64,000 nt of DNA from Octopus vulgaris (taxonomy: Eukaryota). Both the position numbers and the translations under genes were made by a program. Location: NCBI GenBank assembly GCA_951406725.2, contig OX597839.1, positions 37,572,001 through 37,636,000 of the forward strand. The letters run 5' to 3'. Shown one piece after another: positions 52,274-63,412 of this stretch (its first letter is position 1; each line of letters opens with the position of its first letter). Under the pieces are notes generated by a model. That model saw only the letters and a program-made list of their open reading frames with translations, ran no database searches and was not told where the DNA came from.

Positions 52274-52760
52274 TCTCACTCTTTCTCACGAACCCCTAGG
52301 AACCTTTTATAGAACCCTAGGGTTTTGGGGAACCCCGGTTGAGAAATGCTGGGTTAGGGTATTGCAGTCATCATTATAAGATTGTGATTTCAATTCCTGG
52401 ACTGGGCAATGCATTGTATTCTTGAGAAAATCATCTCACTCTTTCTCACGGAACCCCTAGGAACCCTTTGCAGAACCCTAAGGTTTTGGGGAACCCCGGT
52501 TGAGACATGCTGGGTTAGGGTATTGCAGTCATCATTATAAGATTGTGATTTCAATTCCTGGACTGGGCGATGGATTGTATTCTTGAGAAAATCATCTCAC
52601 TCTTTCTCACGGAACCCTTAGGAACCCTTTGCAGAACCCTAGGGTTTTGGGGAACCCCAGTTGAGAAATGCTGGGTTAGGGTATTGCAGTCATCATTATG
52701 AGATTGTGGTTTCAATTCCTGGACTGGGCGATTGATGCATTGTATTCTTGAGAAAATCAC
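52274..52760. repeat. Tandem repeat, ~160-bp unit x3
   Basis: Units start tctcactctttctcacg at 52274, 52434, 52595. Confidence 0.9.
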
Positions 52761-53531
52761 TTCGTTTCATGTTGTTCTTCCGGTCCTCTCACCTGGTGAA
52801 TATAAATAACCCTGCGACAAACCAGCATCAACGTCCAGCGAGGGATTATACAAATATATAGGCCACAGAATGCAAGAAATCAGCTTTGTCAGCCTCTACC
52901 TCCGGAAGGATCTTTGCTTTGCTTTGTATGTGTTTATATATGCATGGAGCGTGGTGTGTGTTTGTAATGACACATTAATTGTGGCTGCAGTAAATTTTCC
53001 AGGGATGTGTACTGAGTTTTGGGTTAATGAGGTTTGAGGGATAGCGCTTGGAGTGGCCCCGGTGTTGGTGGCAGCACTGATAGATATGTGGTGATGGTGG
53101 TGGTGGTGATGGTGGTGTTGGTGGTGACAATGGTGAGTGTGATGATGATGATGGTTACCAATAAATAAATAAATAAATAATATAATTGTTGTTTCTGATA
53201 CAGGCGAAGATAATTATGATCTTGTCTCTCCTAATGAGTGTTGTAATTAGAATGTGTGTGTGTGTGTGTGTGTTTTTGTGTGTGCGTGCGTTTGTGTGTG
53301 TGTGTAGCATCCGCTTTCTCTTGTATCAGTTTCTCTTTCTCACAAGTATGTGTGTATATATATATACATACATATGCACACACACATATGTATATATATA
53401 TATTTATATATATGCACACATGTGTGTATACACTTATATACACACACACATACATACACACACACACACATGCTGTGAGTGCTTTCTATTTATACAGCTG
53501 TGCCACTTTCTGTGTGTTTAAATATAGGTTG

Positions 53532-53562
<31 letters not shown>

Positions 53563-55729
53563 TCCAATGTTCCATTTTTTCCGTGCCTTCACGGAGGCGG
53601 CAGGGATCAGACAGAATTTGTTGAGACAGATTTTCTATGGTCGGGTGCTCTTCCAGTTGCCAACCTTTACCTCTTTCCAAGCAATGTCAATGCAAGCTAA
53701 TATCTTCCCCATAACCAGGACATGTTTCCAGGAATGAATGGAGACAAAGTACATCACTTGTGTGATGAGGATGTTCGTTAACAATTATCATACAAGGTCG
53801 TGACAAGGAAATACTACTACTACTACTGCTGCCGCCGCTACCACCACCACTACTACTAATTAAAAGAAGAGTGCCATTGTCATCTAGTGAACAATATTTC
53901 GATATCTTGTGTGTCTTCACAATGGCACTCTTCTTTTCTTTTAATTTTGACTCTATATCTTCTGGAGGAGTTACCCCAATCCTTTATCCCTCTCTCTCTC
54001 TCTTTCGGAGAGGCACAAGCACCTACATGCACATATACACACACGGCAGTAACTTCCGCCTACCGAATTCAATCACAAAGCTTCGGTCAGCTCGGGGCTA
54101 TAGCAGAAGACACCTACCCAAAGTACCACGCAGTGGGACTGAACCCGATTAATAATAATGCTGAGACCCCCTTAGGTCGTGACTGATCATGGGATTGCAC
54201 CTAGAAAGTTACCCTTCCAGGCACAAGTCCAGGCAGGGTTGTTTATGGAAGGCCAGCAGTCACCCATGCATACCGGCCTTCCCTCACCACGCCACCAGTG
54301 TTATCCAAGGGAAAGGCAAAGGGGCCGATACAGCTTGGCACCTGTGACGTTGCAACTCATTTCTACAGCTGAGTGAACTGGAGCAATGTGGAATAAAGTG
54401 TCTTGCTCAAGAACATAACACGCAGCCCGGTCCGGGATTCGAACTCACAACCTCATGATCGTATTATTATTATTAATACTCTTTTACTCTTTTACTTGTT
54501 TCAGTCATTTGACTGCAGCCATGCTGGAGCACCGCTTTTAGTCGAACAAATCGACCCCAGGATTTATTCTTTGTAAGCCTAGTACTTATTCTATTGGTCT
54601 CTTTTGCTGAACCGCTAAGTTACGTGGACGTAAACACACCAGCATCGGTTGTCAAGCGATGTTAGGGGGACAAACGCAGACACGCAAACATATACACACA
54701 CATACATATATATATATGTACATATATACGACGGGCTTCTTTTCAGTTTCCATCTACCAAATCCACTCACAAGGCTTTGGTCAGCCCGAGGCTATAGTAG
54801 AAGACACTTGCCCAAGGTGTCACGCAGTGGGACTGAACCCGGAACCATGTGGTTGGTAAGCAAGCTACTTGCCACACGGCCAATAATGAACTTATTGTAT
54901 ATTGTGCTCGGGTGCATTACCACTCCACAGAAAATGTAGCCAAAAGTGTGCATGACCAATACCTAGGACCATGCACCGGATGTGAACAGTGAATGAGTCA
55001 TTTAAGGAAAGAAAAAAAAGGGCAGGGGGGATCGGGTGTATGTACACAAATACTTGCATATATGCACACATACACTCACACGCATGCATGCACATATATA
55101 CACACACACATACTCATTTAACAGAGATGTTCCTGTTGTGACCATCCCATCCTTTATTCAGACATGGTGTATCTAGGATTATATTAACTAATGTGTCCTT
55201 CCAGTTTTTCAGTTGGTAGTTTGTTAATTAAAGATTTGCTGCTATTTCTAGCAAATCGAGCAACTATATAGTGCTTTGCCATGTTGTTGTTTAGTCCTGG
55301 GTCAGCCCTGATCATGCAAACTTAAGTACAAAGCCGTTCCTGTTGTGACCACCTCATCTAGTTTACAAGAATAGTGTATTTAGGACTATTATTGTTCAAT
55401 GCAATTTTTTTTTTTTTTACAATTGTGTATGTGCGATTGAAGTGAGATTTGGCTGCTATTTCTAGCAAGTCATGCAATCACATAGAGGCATTCTCATGGG
55501 CTCACACCTGCTGCTGCTGCTGTTGTTGTTGTTGTTGTTACAGTGAAAGAATTGGTCATCTCCAGCCTCTTTGAAAAAAAAAACAAATAATAAAAACAGC
55601 CCCCCCCCACCAACAATGATATAAAAAAAAAAGAACAAATAAAAATAAAAAAAAGCAAAAGAAGATACTGTATGTCTCTCTCTTCATGGCATTGTCAAGG
55701 AGTTGAAGTATCTTCAATACCATCCAGCA

Positions 55730-56330
55730 CTATCACCACCACCACCACCTAACACCACCACCCACCACCTCCACATCGCCACTACCATCACTTCAATAGC
55801 ATCATGCATTGCTATCACCTTGTCACCACCACCACCATCATCACCACCACCATCATCACAACCACCACCACCACCACTACCATCACCACCACCATCACCA
55901 CCACCATCACCACCATCATCACCATCACCATCATCACCATCACCACCATCACCACCACCATCACCACCACCATCACCACCACCACCACCATCATCACCAC
56001 CACCACCATCATCACCACCACCACCATCACTACCATCACCACCATCACCATCATCACCATCACCACCACCACCACTGAGGCAACTACCATCACCACACAC
56101 ACACACACACACACTACTAGCACCATGCATTATCATGCACCCCGCCCCTCATCCACCAACCCGGCACCACCACTGCGACCACCACCACCACCACCACCAT
56201 CACTACCGTTTTAGTTCATTGTTATTACCACCACCACACCTACCATTACAACTACACGCCCCACTAAAACTCCCCTCACCACCACTGCCACCACCACCAC
56301 CACCACCCCTGCCACCACCACCACCCCTAC
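55730..56330. repeat. (CAC/CAT)n trinucleotide repeat; similar tracts at 5265-5545 and (AAC/AAT)n at 57730-58220
   Basis: Direct inspection. Confidence 0.95.
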
Positions 56331-56471
56331 CGGATGTTATGTTATGTGATAGTTCTTGGTGTGTAGTTAATTCTGTTGCCAAACAGTGTGTGTGTGTGCA
56401 TATGTGCATGTGTGTGTGTGTGTGACATGAAAGTCAGTGTGCATCATACACAGATACACAAAAGATTGTGC

Positions 56472-56505
<34 letters not shown>

Positions 56506-56710
56506 GGCAGACAGACAGAGAGGGAGAGCAAGAGGGAAGGACGCACATACAGAGAAAAAGACACAGAAAATATGTATGTGACCGAGAGAGAGACTGGTGA
56601 CTACTATGAGACTAGTTGCTGAGACCACAACGACAAGTGGTAACAGTGTGAAACAGAAAGTTAGTGCTCGCAGTTTACCACATCTAATGCTGGCCTTCCT
56701 TGTTGGTATC

Positions 56711-57330
56711 GACTAGTAACTGGTAACAGTTTTGTAAAACCTAGGCCGTTTTTTGTGAGGTATTGACTAGAAATTGGCTAGTTTAGTAGTACCGGTCTCC
56801 TAAGTAATGACAGTTTTCTGGGTGGTACCAACTAGTTACTGATAGTTTAGTAAAACCGAGGCCGTTTTTTGTGAGGTATTGACTAGTATTAGATAGTTTA
56901 GTAGAACCGGTCTCCTAAGTAATGACAGTTTTCTGGGTAGTACCACTAGTTACTGATAGTTTAGTAAATCCTAGGCCGTTTTTTGTGAGGTATTAACTAG
57001 TATTAGCTAGTTTAGTAGTACTGGTCTCCTAAGTAATGACAGTTTTCTGGGTGGTACCAACTAGTTACTGATAGTTTAGCAAATCCAGGGCCTTTTTTGC
57101 GCAGTGTTAAGTAACATCTAATTTACAAAATCCTGGTCCTTTACTGTGTGCTGTAGACTAGTAACTGAAAGTTTTAGCAGATTCTGGGCCATTTTTGTGA
57201 GGTGTATCATTTAGCTAAGTAAAACTAGGTCCCTAACAGGTAGTTGTCATGTAGGGCCTGGGTCTTTCTGGATGGTATAAACAAGTAAGAGATAATTTAA
57301 TAGATCTCGGGATATTTTTTTGAGGGGTGT
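56711..57330. repeat. Tandem repeat, ~115-bp unit, about 3.5 conserved plus 2 degenerate copies
   Basis: aggccgttttttgtgaggtatt recurs at 56743, 56859, 56973, with degenerate copies at ~57088, ~57187, ~57310. Confidence 0.9.
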
Positions 57331-58222
57331 TAGGGCTTGTATCAAGTAGTTTGGTTAGTTCCTGCGTCCTTCTTGTTAGATGGAACCGTGTGTGATAGAC
57401 AGCCCTCCCCCTCTCTCCCTTACCGTTTGTGTGTCTGGTTGGGTGGTCGGCATGGAGATTTGCTTTTATACTGCGATTCCAACACGTTGGGAATACCCCT
57501 TCCTTGTGTGACCATCACACCTCGCTTTTGAGTCTACATTATGTCAACTTGGAGACATGTAGTAGTTGGCGACTGAAACAGAGGATAACTACTACTACTG
57601 CTACTACTACTACTACTACTACTACTACTGGATTATACCACAATCACCATCACCATTATCAACAACATCAGCAATCTTTGCAACTATTATGGCAAAAATA
57701 CTTTTAACAACAACAATGTTTATGGTAAATGCATCACAGTAACAACAACAACAACAAACAACAACAAACATCAGCAATGACCATCGCAACAACACCAACA
57801 ATAACACTGACCGCATCGACAGTAACAATGATATCACCACCACAACAACAGCAACAAGCATAGCACACTACTGTTACAACCCAATCTCCTCCCCGACACC
57901 ACCACCACCACCACCACCGCCACCACAACAACCACAACAACTACCATAACACTAACAGCACCAATAATAATAATAATAAGAACAACAACAACAACAATAA
58001 TAATAATAATAATACCAACAACAATAATAATAACAACAACAACAAGAATAATAATAATAATAATAATAATAACAACAACAACAACAGCAACAATAACAAC
58101 AACAACAGCAACAATATCATTACAACTACTACCACTAAAATAGCACCACCGTTTGAACCTCACCTCCTCCCCTTTTACCTCCATCATTACTGCTAACAAC
58201 AACAGCAGCAACAACAGCAAGT

Positions 58223-61200
58223 ATGTTTACTGATTCTGGTACCAGATCTAACTCTAAGATGGTACAAAGTTCTGCCATGATGAACGTAATCAACATGGAA
58301 TCTCTCTCTGACTGGAAGTACAGCTACATCTTCTGTTACCAGGATTCTGCCAGCAAGACGCTCATTCTCCATGCCATCGAGTCCAAGAAGCCGCAACATG
58401 TCGCGACGGTCCTCCACGATGTCCTTCATCTTGTTGGTTTCCCCAACGTCGTCAGGAGCGAGAGCGGCCACGTGTTCGTGTCACGAGTCCTCCAGGAAAT
58501 GCGGATTTTGTGGGGCGCCTGCAGTTCGGGCCTGAATTCTACACAACAGGTCGACATGTCGAATTACTCCGGGGAAGAAGAAGCGGAGGAGGAGAATGAG
58601 GCGGAGGATGAAGATAATGGCAGCCTGATAAATAATGTGTATGTCCTGGAAAGCCTCAAAAACTGGATGATACAGCACAACAGCAGCAACTGGAGCCTGG
58701 GTGTGAAGCTGGTTCAATTTCAAGAGAACTCCATCAATCAAAACGCTAACATTGACTTTGTGTCTTCGGATAAACTGCTCACGGAACTTGCAAGTATTTA
58801 TATGCCATTTGAATGTTTAAAGAGTTTGAAAAGCAATGACGAACTAAACCAAATCCTTCACAGGACCCTTACGACAGGGCTTGAAGATTTACTATCACAA
58901 TTAGGTGTAACCCCTAAAAGGACCGTTTGCTGCAGATCGTCAACAACAAAACCCCAGGGAAAATGTACAAACGGGCATGTTGCTGATAAAAAATTCCAGT
59001 TTGAAAGAAGGGGTGTGTTGCGCTCAGATTTAGGGACCTCTACCTGCTGTAACATAAAACCTTGTGTTACAAATGAAGTATCCTCAGTAAAAGACATATC
59101 CGAGTCCAGACTCGATGGTTCTGTCCTTGGTAGGTCCATAATCCAAGACAGTGACACCAGCTCAAGGACAGCTGCAGTGACAAATGATTCTCCTGCTCAG
59201 GATTTATCATCCAATTCCATACATTCTCCTCATTCTGATTTCCACACAACCGGAATTAAATCTCAATTGGATCGTTCTGCAGCAAGTGGGGCACTTGAAA
59301 AGCCAAGTGCTGTAATTGTAGATGTTTCTTCTAATTGCCCAGATAGGCATCTACATCTTCATCATCACCATCACCATCATCATCTTCATCGATATTCTCG
59401 ACCATCTTCTCCTCGTTCCCAGCAGCATGAGCGTTTCTGGGAAGCACTTAGCAATGATGGGGAATACCAATGTGACCTTTCTCGTCACTCTGATAAATGT
59501 ACGCAGGATCTCAGTTGCAAATCGAAATGTGTGCGGGACATCATTCGGTTTATGGAGTTGCAGTCTTGCCAGTCCAGTAAAAACAAAATATCCTCGACCG
59601 CTGATAAAAAGTTGCAAAATCAATCCCTGGATGATTCAGCGAATTCTTCCCTTGATGGAGACAGTGGTCCCAGTCAAATGCTCAGCCAGTCTATATCAGA
59701 AACACCAGTTCAAGTGACCACCCTTCCTGCTTTAAATATGAGCAACAGCCCTGTCTGTGTTGCCGACACGGGTGACAGGACTCCGGATCAGGATTGGGTT
59801 TCTTGTGGTCAAATAGCCACTCATTCCTGTTTGGACATCGGTCAACCTTCACTTGATAACAGAATCGATGATGAAACACCTGTCCAGACTGCATTGCACG
59901 TGCAGCAAATATCGGCACCAACTGATGTGTGGAATGAAGATGAAAATAATTTTGCAAAGAACTTTACAGAAGGTGCATTGAACCGTGAAGAGACAGCATT
60001 GAACTGTGCAGAGAATACATCGTCACAGACGTCGAGAAATGATCTTACATCACCATCGGTTAACATAGGGGAACGGTGCTTTGTTTACAGCACCAAGAGG
60101 GGTTCTGCGAAGGCTTTTGTTTCTTTAAGTCGGAGTTCAAGTTTAACTGAGATTAATACACCTATGACCTGCATATCAGTGCCCCCTTGTAGCATTCCTG
60201 AAATACAGAATCCTGTTGATTTGTCCACTGTCGAAAATTCTGATAAATTCCAGGATTCACAGTGCTTGCTTAAAGTTCAGGACATTGTAAAAAAACTGGA
60301 AATATCCAACGCGAAATGTTCAGACTGTGAGGATTTTAAAAAGAACAGGAAAATTCCTGAAAGAGCTAGCAACATCGGAAATATCATAAAACAGCTGGAA
60401 TCATTTGCAGGACCTCATCCAAAGTGGAGAACTTTGAGAATAATTGGTCAAAGCTGCGAGGACTTGAATAATCTTGGTAAGGACTGTGATGTGAGCAGTT
60501 GTGCTTCTGATGGGTCCATCGTGTCGGGGAATACTTCGTTGTCAGGCGATGATGAAACTGAGGAAGTGGAGTTACCAAACGATCTACTTGTGCAGAAGCT
60601 GGACACTGGTCTTGTCTTAAGCATTGATGACCAGTCCTCACCTGACCACAGGTGTTTAACGCGGAAGGATTCTAATCAGTTGATTGAGGCCTCAGATAAT
60701 TATGACACTGATGATGTTGGTCATGGAAATGATGATGATGATGACAGGTGTCATGATTATCATAAAGTTAATTACAGCAATGATGTTGATGATGATGATG
60801 ATCATATCTGCAGTGATGGTGCCCCTGATAAAGTGAAATACGTGGATGAGAAAAAGAACATCAAAGAACGTCACTTTTCCAGTTGTTCCACTTTAAAGCT
60901 TTCTAATTCAGAAAACTTTATCGACTCATTATCCAATAATGACACTGACGATGATGATGTTGATGATGATGATGATGATGATGATGTTGATGATGATGCT
61001 TTTACTTATACGGAAGAACTGAACCAACGCATAAACAAAGTCATTTACCGTCTCAAGTCAGAATCCGATATGCCTGACTACCTGAAGGATGAAGATTTCG
61101 GAGAATGTTGCCAAGACAGCAGTATTGGCGGCATGTCTCAGAACACAACTGCCGATGAGATATCAATGTCACAGGAGGCAGGTTTCCATGGAAACAGGTC

Positions 61201-61996
61201 AACCGACGCGGACTGTGCGGACCCTGTAACTCCTACCAATGCTGACCCGCCTCAGTGTTTCCCAAGCAAACTCCGCACCTCTCCTTCTTGCTACAATCTC
61301 AACTCCTACATCTCGACGAGTTATTTCTGTGAGAGCAGCCAAGACGGTGCCTATGTCAAACCTAACATCTGTGAAAGTTTCAATGAGGTTTCAAACCCAG
61401 TCCCGTCCGATGGAGATCACGTATCTTTAAATCACATCCACAACAACCCTAACTCTGTCAATTTGAGTACCCCCTCTAACAGACTCGAACCCCTTACACA
61501 ACAACGGTCCAGCACATGCACCACAGTCATCCACACCCCATCTTGGTACGTCCCTTCTTATGAAAACCCTAAACAAATCACAAATCCAAATGACAATCAC
61601 AGTGAGATGCCCTTCCTCACGGACATTGAGCAGAAAATAAAGCAAGCCCTACAGGAACTCGAGTCTGTGGATTTCTGCCGTCACCTGACATTCGACAGTC
61701 TCTGTCCCACATCAGTATTGTTCAATGAGGGTGGTGGGGCAAAGCCGGAATGCATTTCATTTCCTCAGTGCAAGCAGTGCGAGTGCGATGGTGCATCACA
61801 TTGCCAGAAGTGCAACTATGCGCTGCCACATCAGCTGCAGGATCACTGCTACTTGTACTGCCAGTTGTGCAGTCTCTTCAACAAACGCCTCGTTGCAACT
61901 CAGGAACAATTTCATTATCAGGTTTATGAGAAAAGTAAGGAATTTTCTTTTTATGTCAATTTTTTTTACACGTTTCTCTTGTTTTTGTATTATTAA
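58223..61996 (+). CDS. 1257-aa ORF: degenerate KRBA2/SCAND3-like integrase core (aa ~10-215), long Ser/Asp-rich region, C-terminal Cys/His finger; exon probably ends at donor 61934/61935
   Basis: 3.77 kb without a stop in AT-rich DNA; motifs YIFCYQD..SK.LILH.IESK....VA..L.DV...VGFP.VVRSESG..FV..VL.EM..LW and NW....NSSNWSLGV..VQF align by eye to KRBA2-type integrases; His and Asp repeat tracts stay in frame. Confidence 0.88.
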   Translation: MFTDSGTRSNSKMVQSSAMMNVINMESLSDWKYSYIFCYQDSASKTLILHAIESKKPQHVATVLHDVLHLVGFPNVVRSESGHVFVSRVLQEMRILWGACSSGLNSTQQVDMSNYSGEEEAEEENEAEDEDNGSLINNVYVLESLKNWMIQHNSSNWSLGVKLVQFQENSINQNANIDFVSSDKLLTELASIYMPFECLKSLKSNDELNQILHRTLTTGLEDLLSQLGVTPKRTVCCRSSTTKPQGKCTNGHVADKKFQFERRGVLRSDLGTSTCCNIKPCVTNEVSSVKDISESRLDGSVLGRSIIQDSDTSSRTAAVTNDSPAQDLSSNSIHSPHSDFHTTGIKSQLDRSAASGALEKPSAVIVDVSSNCPDRHLHLHHHHHHHHLHRYSRPSSPRSQQHERFWEALSNDGEYQCDLSRHSDKCTQDLSCKSKCVRDIIRFMELQSCQSSKNKISSTADKKLQNQSLDDSANSSLDGDSGPSQMLSQSISETPVQVTTLPALNMSNSPVCVADTGDRTPDQDWVSCGQIATHSCLDIGQPSLDNRIDDETPVQTALHVQQISAPTDVWNEDENNFAKNFTEGALNREETALNCAENTSSQTSRNDLTSPSVNIGERCFVYSTKRGSAKAFVSLSRSSSLTEINTPMTCISVPPCSIPEIQNPVDLSTVENSDKFQDSQCLLKVQDIVKKLEISNAKCSDCEDFKKNRKIPERASNIGNIIKQLESFAGPHPKWRTLRIIGQSCEDLNNLGKDCDVSSCASDGSIVSGNTSLSGDDETEEVELPNDLLVQKLDTGLVLSIDDQSSPDHRCLTRKDSNQLIEASDNYDTDDVGHGNDDDDDRCHDYHKVNYSNDVDDDDDHICSDGAPDKVKYVDEKKNIKERHFSSCSTLKLSNSENFIDSLSNNDTDDDDVDDDDDDDDVDDDAFTYTEELNQRINKVIYRLKSESDMPDYLKDEDFGECCQDSSIGGMSQNTTADEISMSQEAGFHGNRSTDADCADPVTPTNADPPQCFPSKLRTSPSCYNLNSYISTSYFCESSQDGAYVKPNICESFNEVSNPVPSDGDHVSLNHIHNNPNSVNLSTPSNRLEPLTQQRSSTCTTVIHTPSWYVPSYENPKQITNPNDNHSEMPFLTDIEQKIKQALQELESVDFCRHLTFDSLCPTSVLFNEGGGAKPECISFPQCKQCECDGASHCQKCNYALPHQLQDHCYLYCQLCSLFNKRLVATQEQFHYQVYEKSKEFSFYVNFFYTFLLFLYY

Positions 61997-62215
61997 CCCT
62001 TTAGTGTTCAGATTATTCAATCAAACATAATGCTTATTGATTCCCATTGATTTGAATTAATCATGCATTATCTCATATCTTCAAGATCTTAATGATGTAA
62101 TTACTTAATGTAGAATAACATTGTAGGGTAGGTGTGAGGGCCTGGATCTGGTCAGTTTGAACATAAAACAGATTAACTATTTTGGCCGGATATGGCCGGT
62201 TTAAATACTAAAGGG
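61997..62215. mobile_element. piggyBac-like MITE
   Basis: TTAA|CCCTTTAG...CTAAAGGG|TTAA; related pieces at ~30928 and ~42005-42095. Confidence 0.85.
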
Positions 62216-63060
62216 TTAAGGGGAGGAGGTATGATGTTATCGTCTTTGCTTTCTCTCTTTTTATATGTATCATCATCATCATCATCATCGTTTGATGTCT
62301 GCTTTCCATGCTAGCATGGGTTGGACGATTTTGACTGAGGGCTGGCGAACCAGATGGCTGCACCAGGCCCCAATCTTGATCTGGCAGAGCTTCTACAGCT
62401 GGATGCCCTTCCAACCACTTCAAGAGTGTAGTGGGTGCTTTTTACCTGCCACCGGCACGGGGCCAGTCAGGTGGTACTGGCAACGACCTCGCTCAATTCT
62501 TTTTACACATGCCACTGACACAGGTGCCAGTAAGGTGACGCTGGTAACGATCACACTCGAATGGTGCCTTTTACGTGCCACTGGCACAGAAGCTGGTATA
62601 TATGTATATGTCGTATGTCTGGCTCAAACAGTTTCATTTGTATCATTATCTCCACATCTTCTCACTTGGATTCCCCTTACAGTGATTCTTTACCCCATAG
62701 ACTTAGTTCCCACTGCAGATTTTGGATTGTAAGTTCAAATCATTTCAGCGCTATTAAGTGTTTTCTATATCGAGCATCTCTGGATTTCATCTGTTGACTC
62801 TGTATGTGTGTATGTATGTATGTGTGTATATATATATAAATATATATAAATAGATGAGTGTATTTTTCCCTTGTTAACAATTAACATGGAAAAAATAGAT
62901 AAATAGTTACCAGGGTAGCAAAAAATCACACAAGTAAAGAGGTTGTAGCTCCTTGTTTTTAAAGGTAGAAACTTTGGGTTTACGTGGAATAATGTCAGTG
63001 AAATCTTCAAAACATGTGTCGTAAGTAAAAGTATTTGAATTATACCTGCGTTAAACTCCA

Positions 63061-63107
<47 letters not shown>

Positions 63108-63412
63108 AGAGAGAGAAAGGTTATGAGAGGTAATGGTGTGAATAAGACTCAAAGTTGTCAGGTAATGCTGAGTAAGTGCTATGGACAGACCATAGTTAAG
63201 CTCCAGGTTCGGTGATTATGTGAATAAGAAGTCCAACATAGGTCATATATCAGCATGTGTATATATATAAAAAAAATTTTTTTCAGAATGAGCTAAAAAA
63301 CCAAGGCTGTGAAGATTTTAGAACATTTATAAATATTTATAAATGTTCTAAAATCTTCACAGCCCTGGTTTTTTTTTTTATCTCATTCTGAAAAAAAATT
63401 TTCATATATATA

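Noticed and set aside
55703-56425. Poly-Pro/His/Thr/Gly ORFs, including an 89-aa poly-His
   Set aside because: (CAC/CAT)n repeat open in nearly all frames; no splice or domain support.
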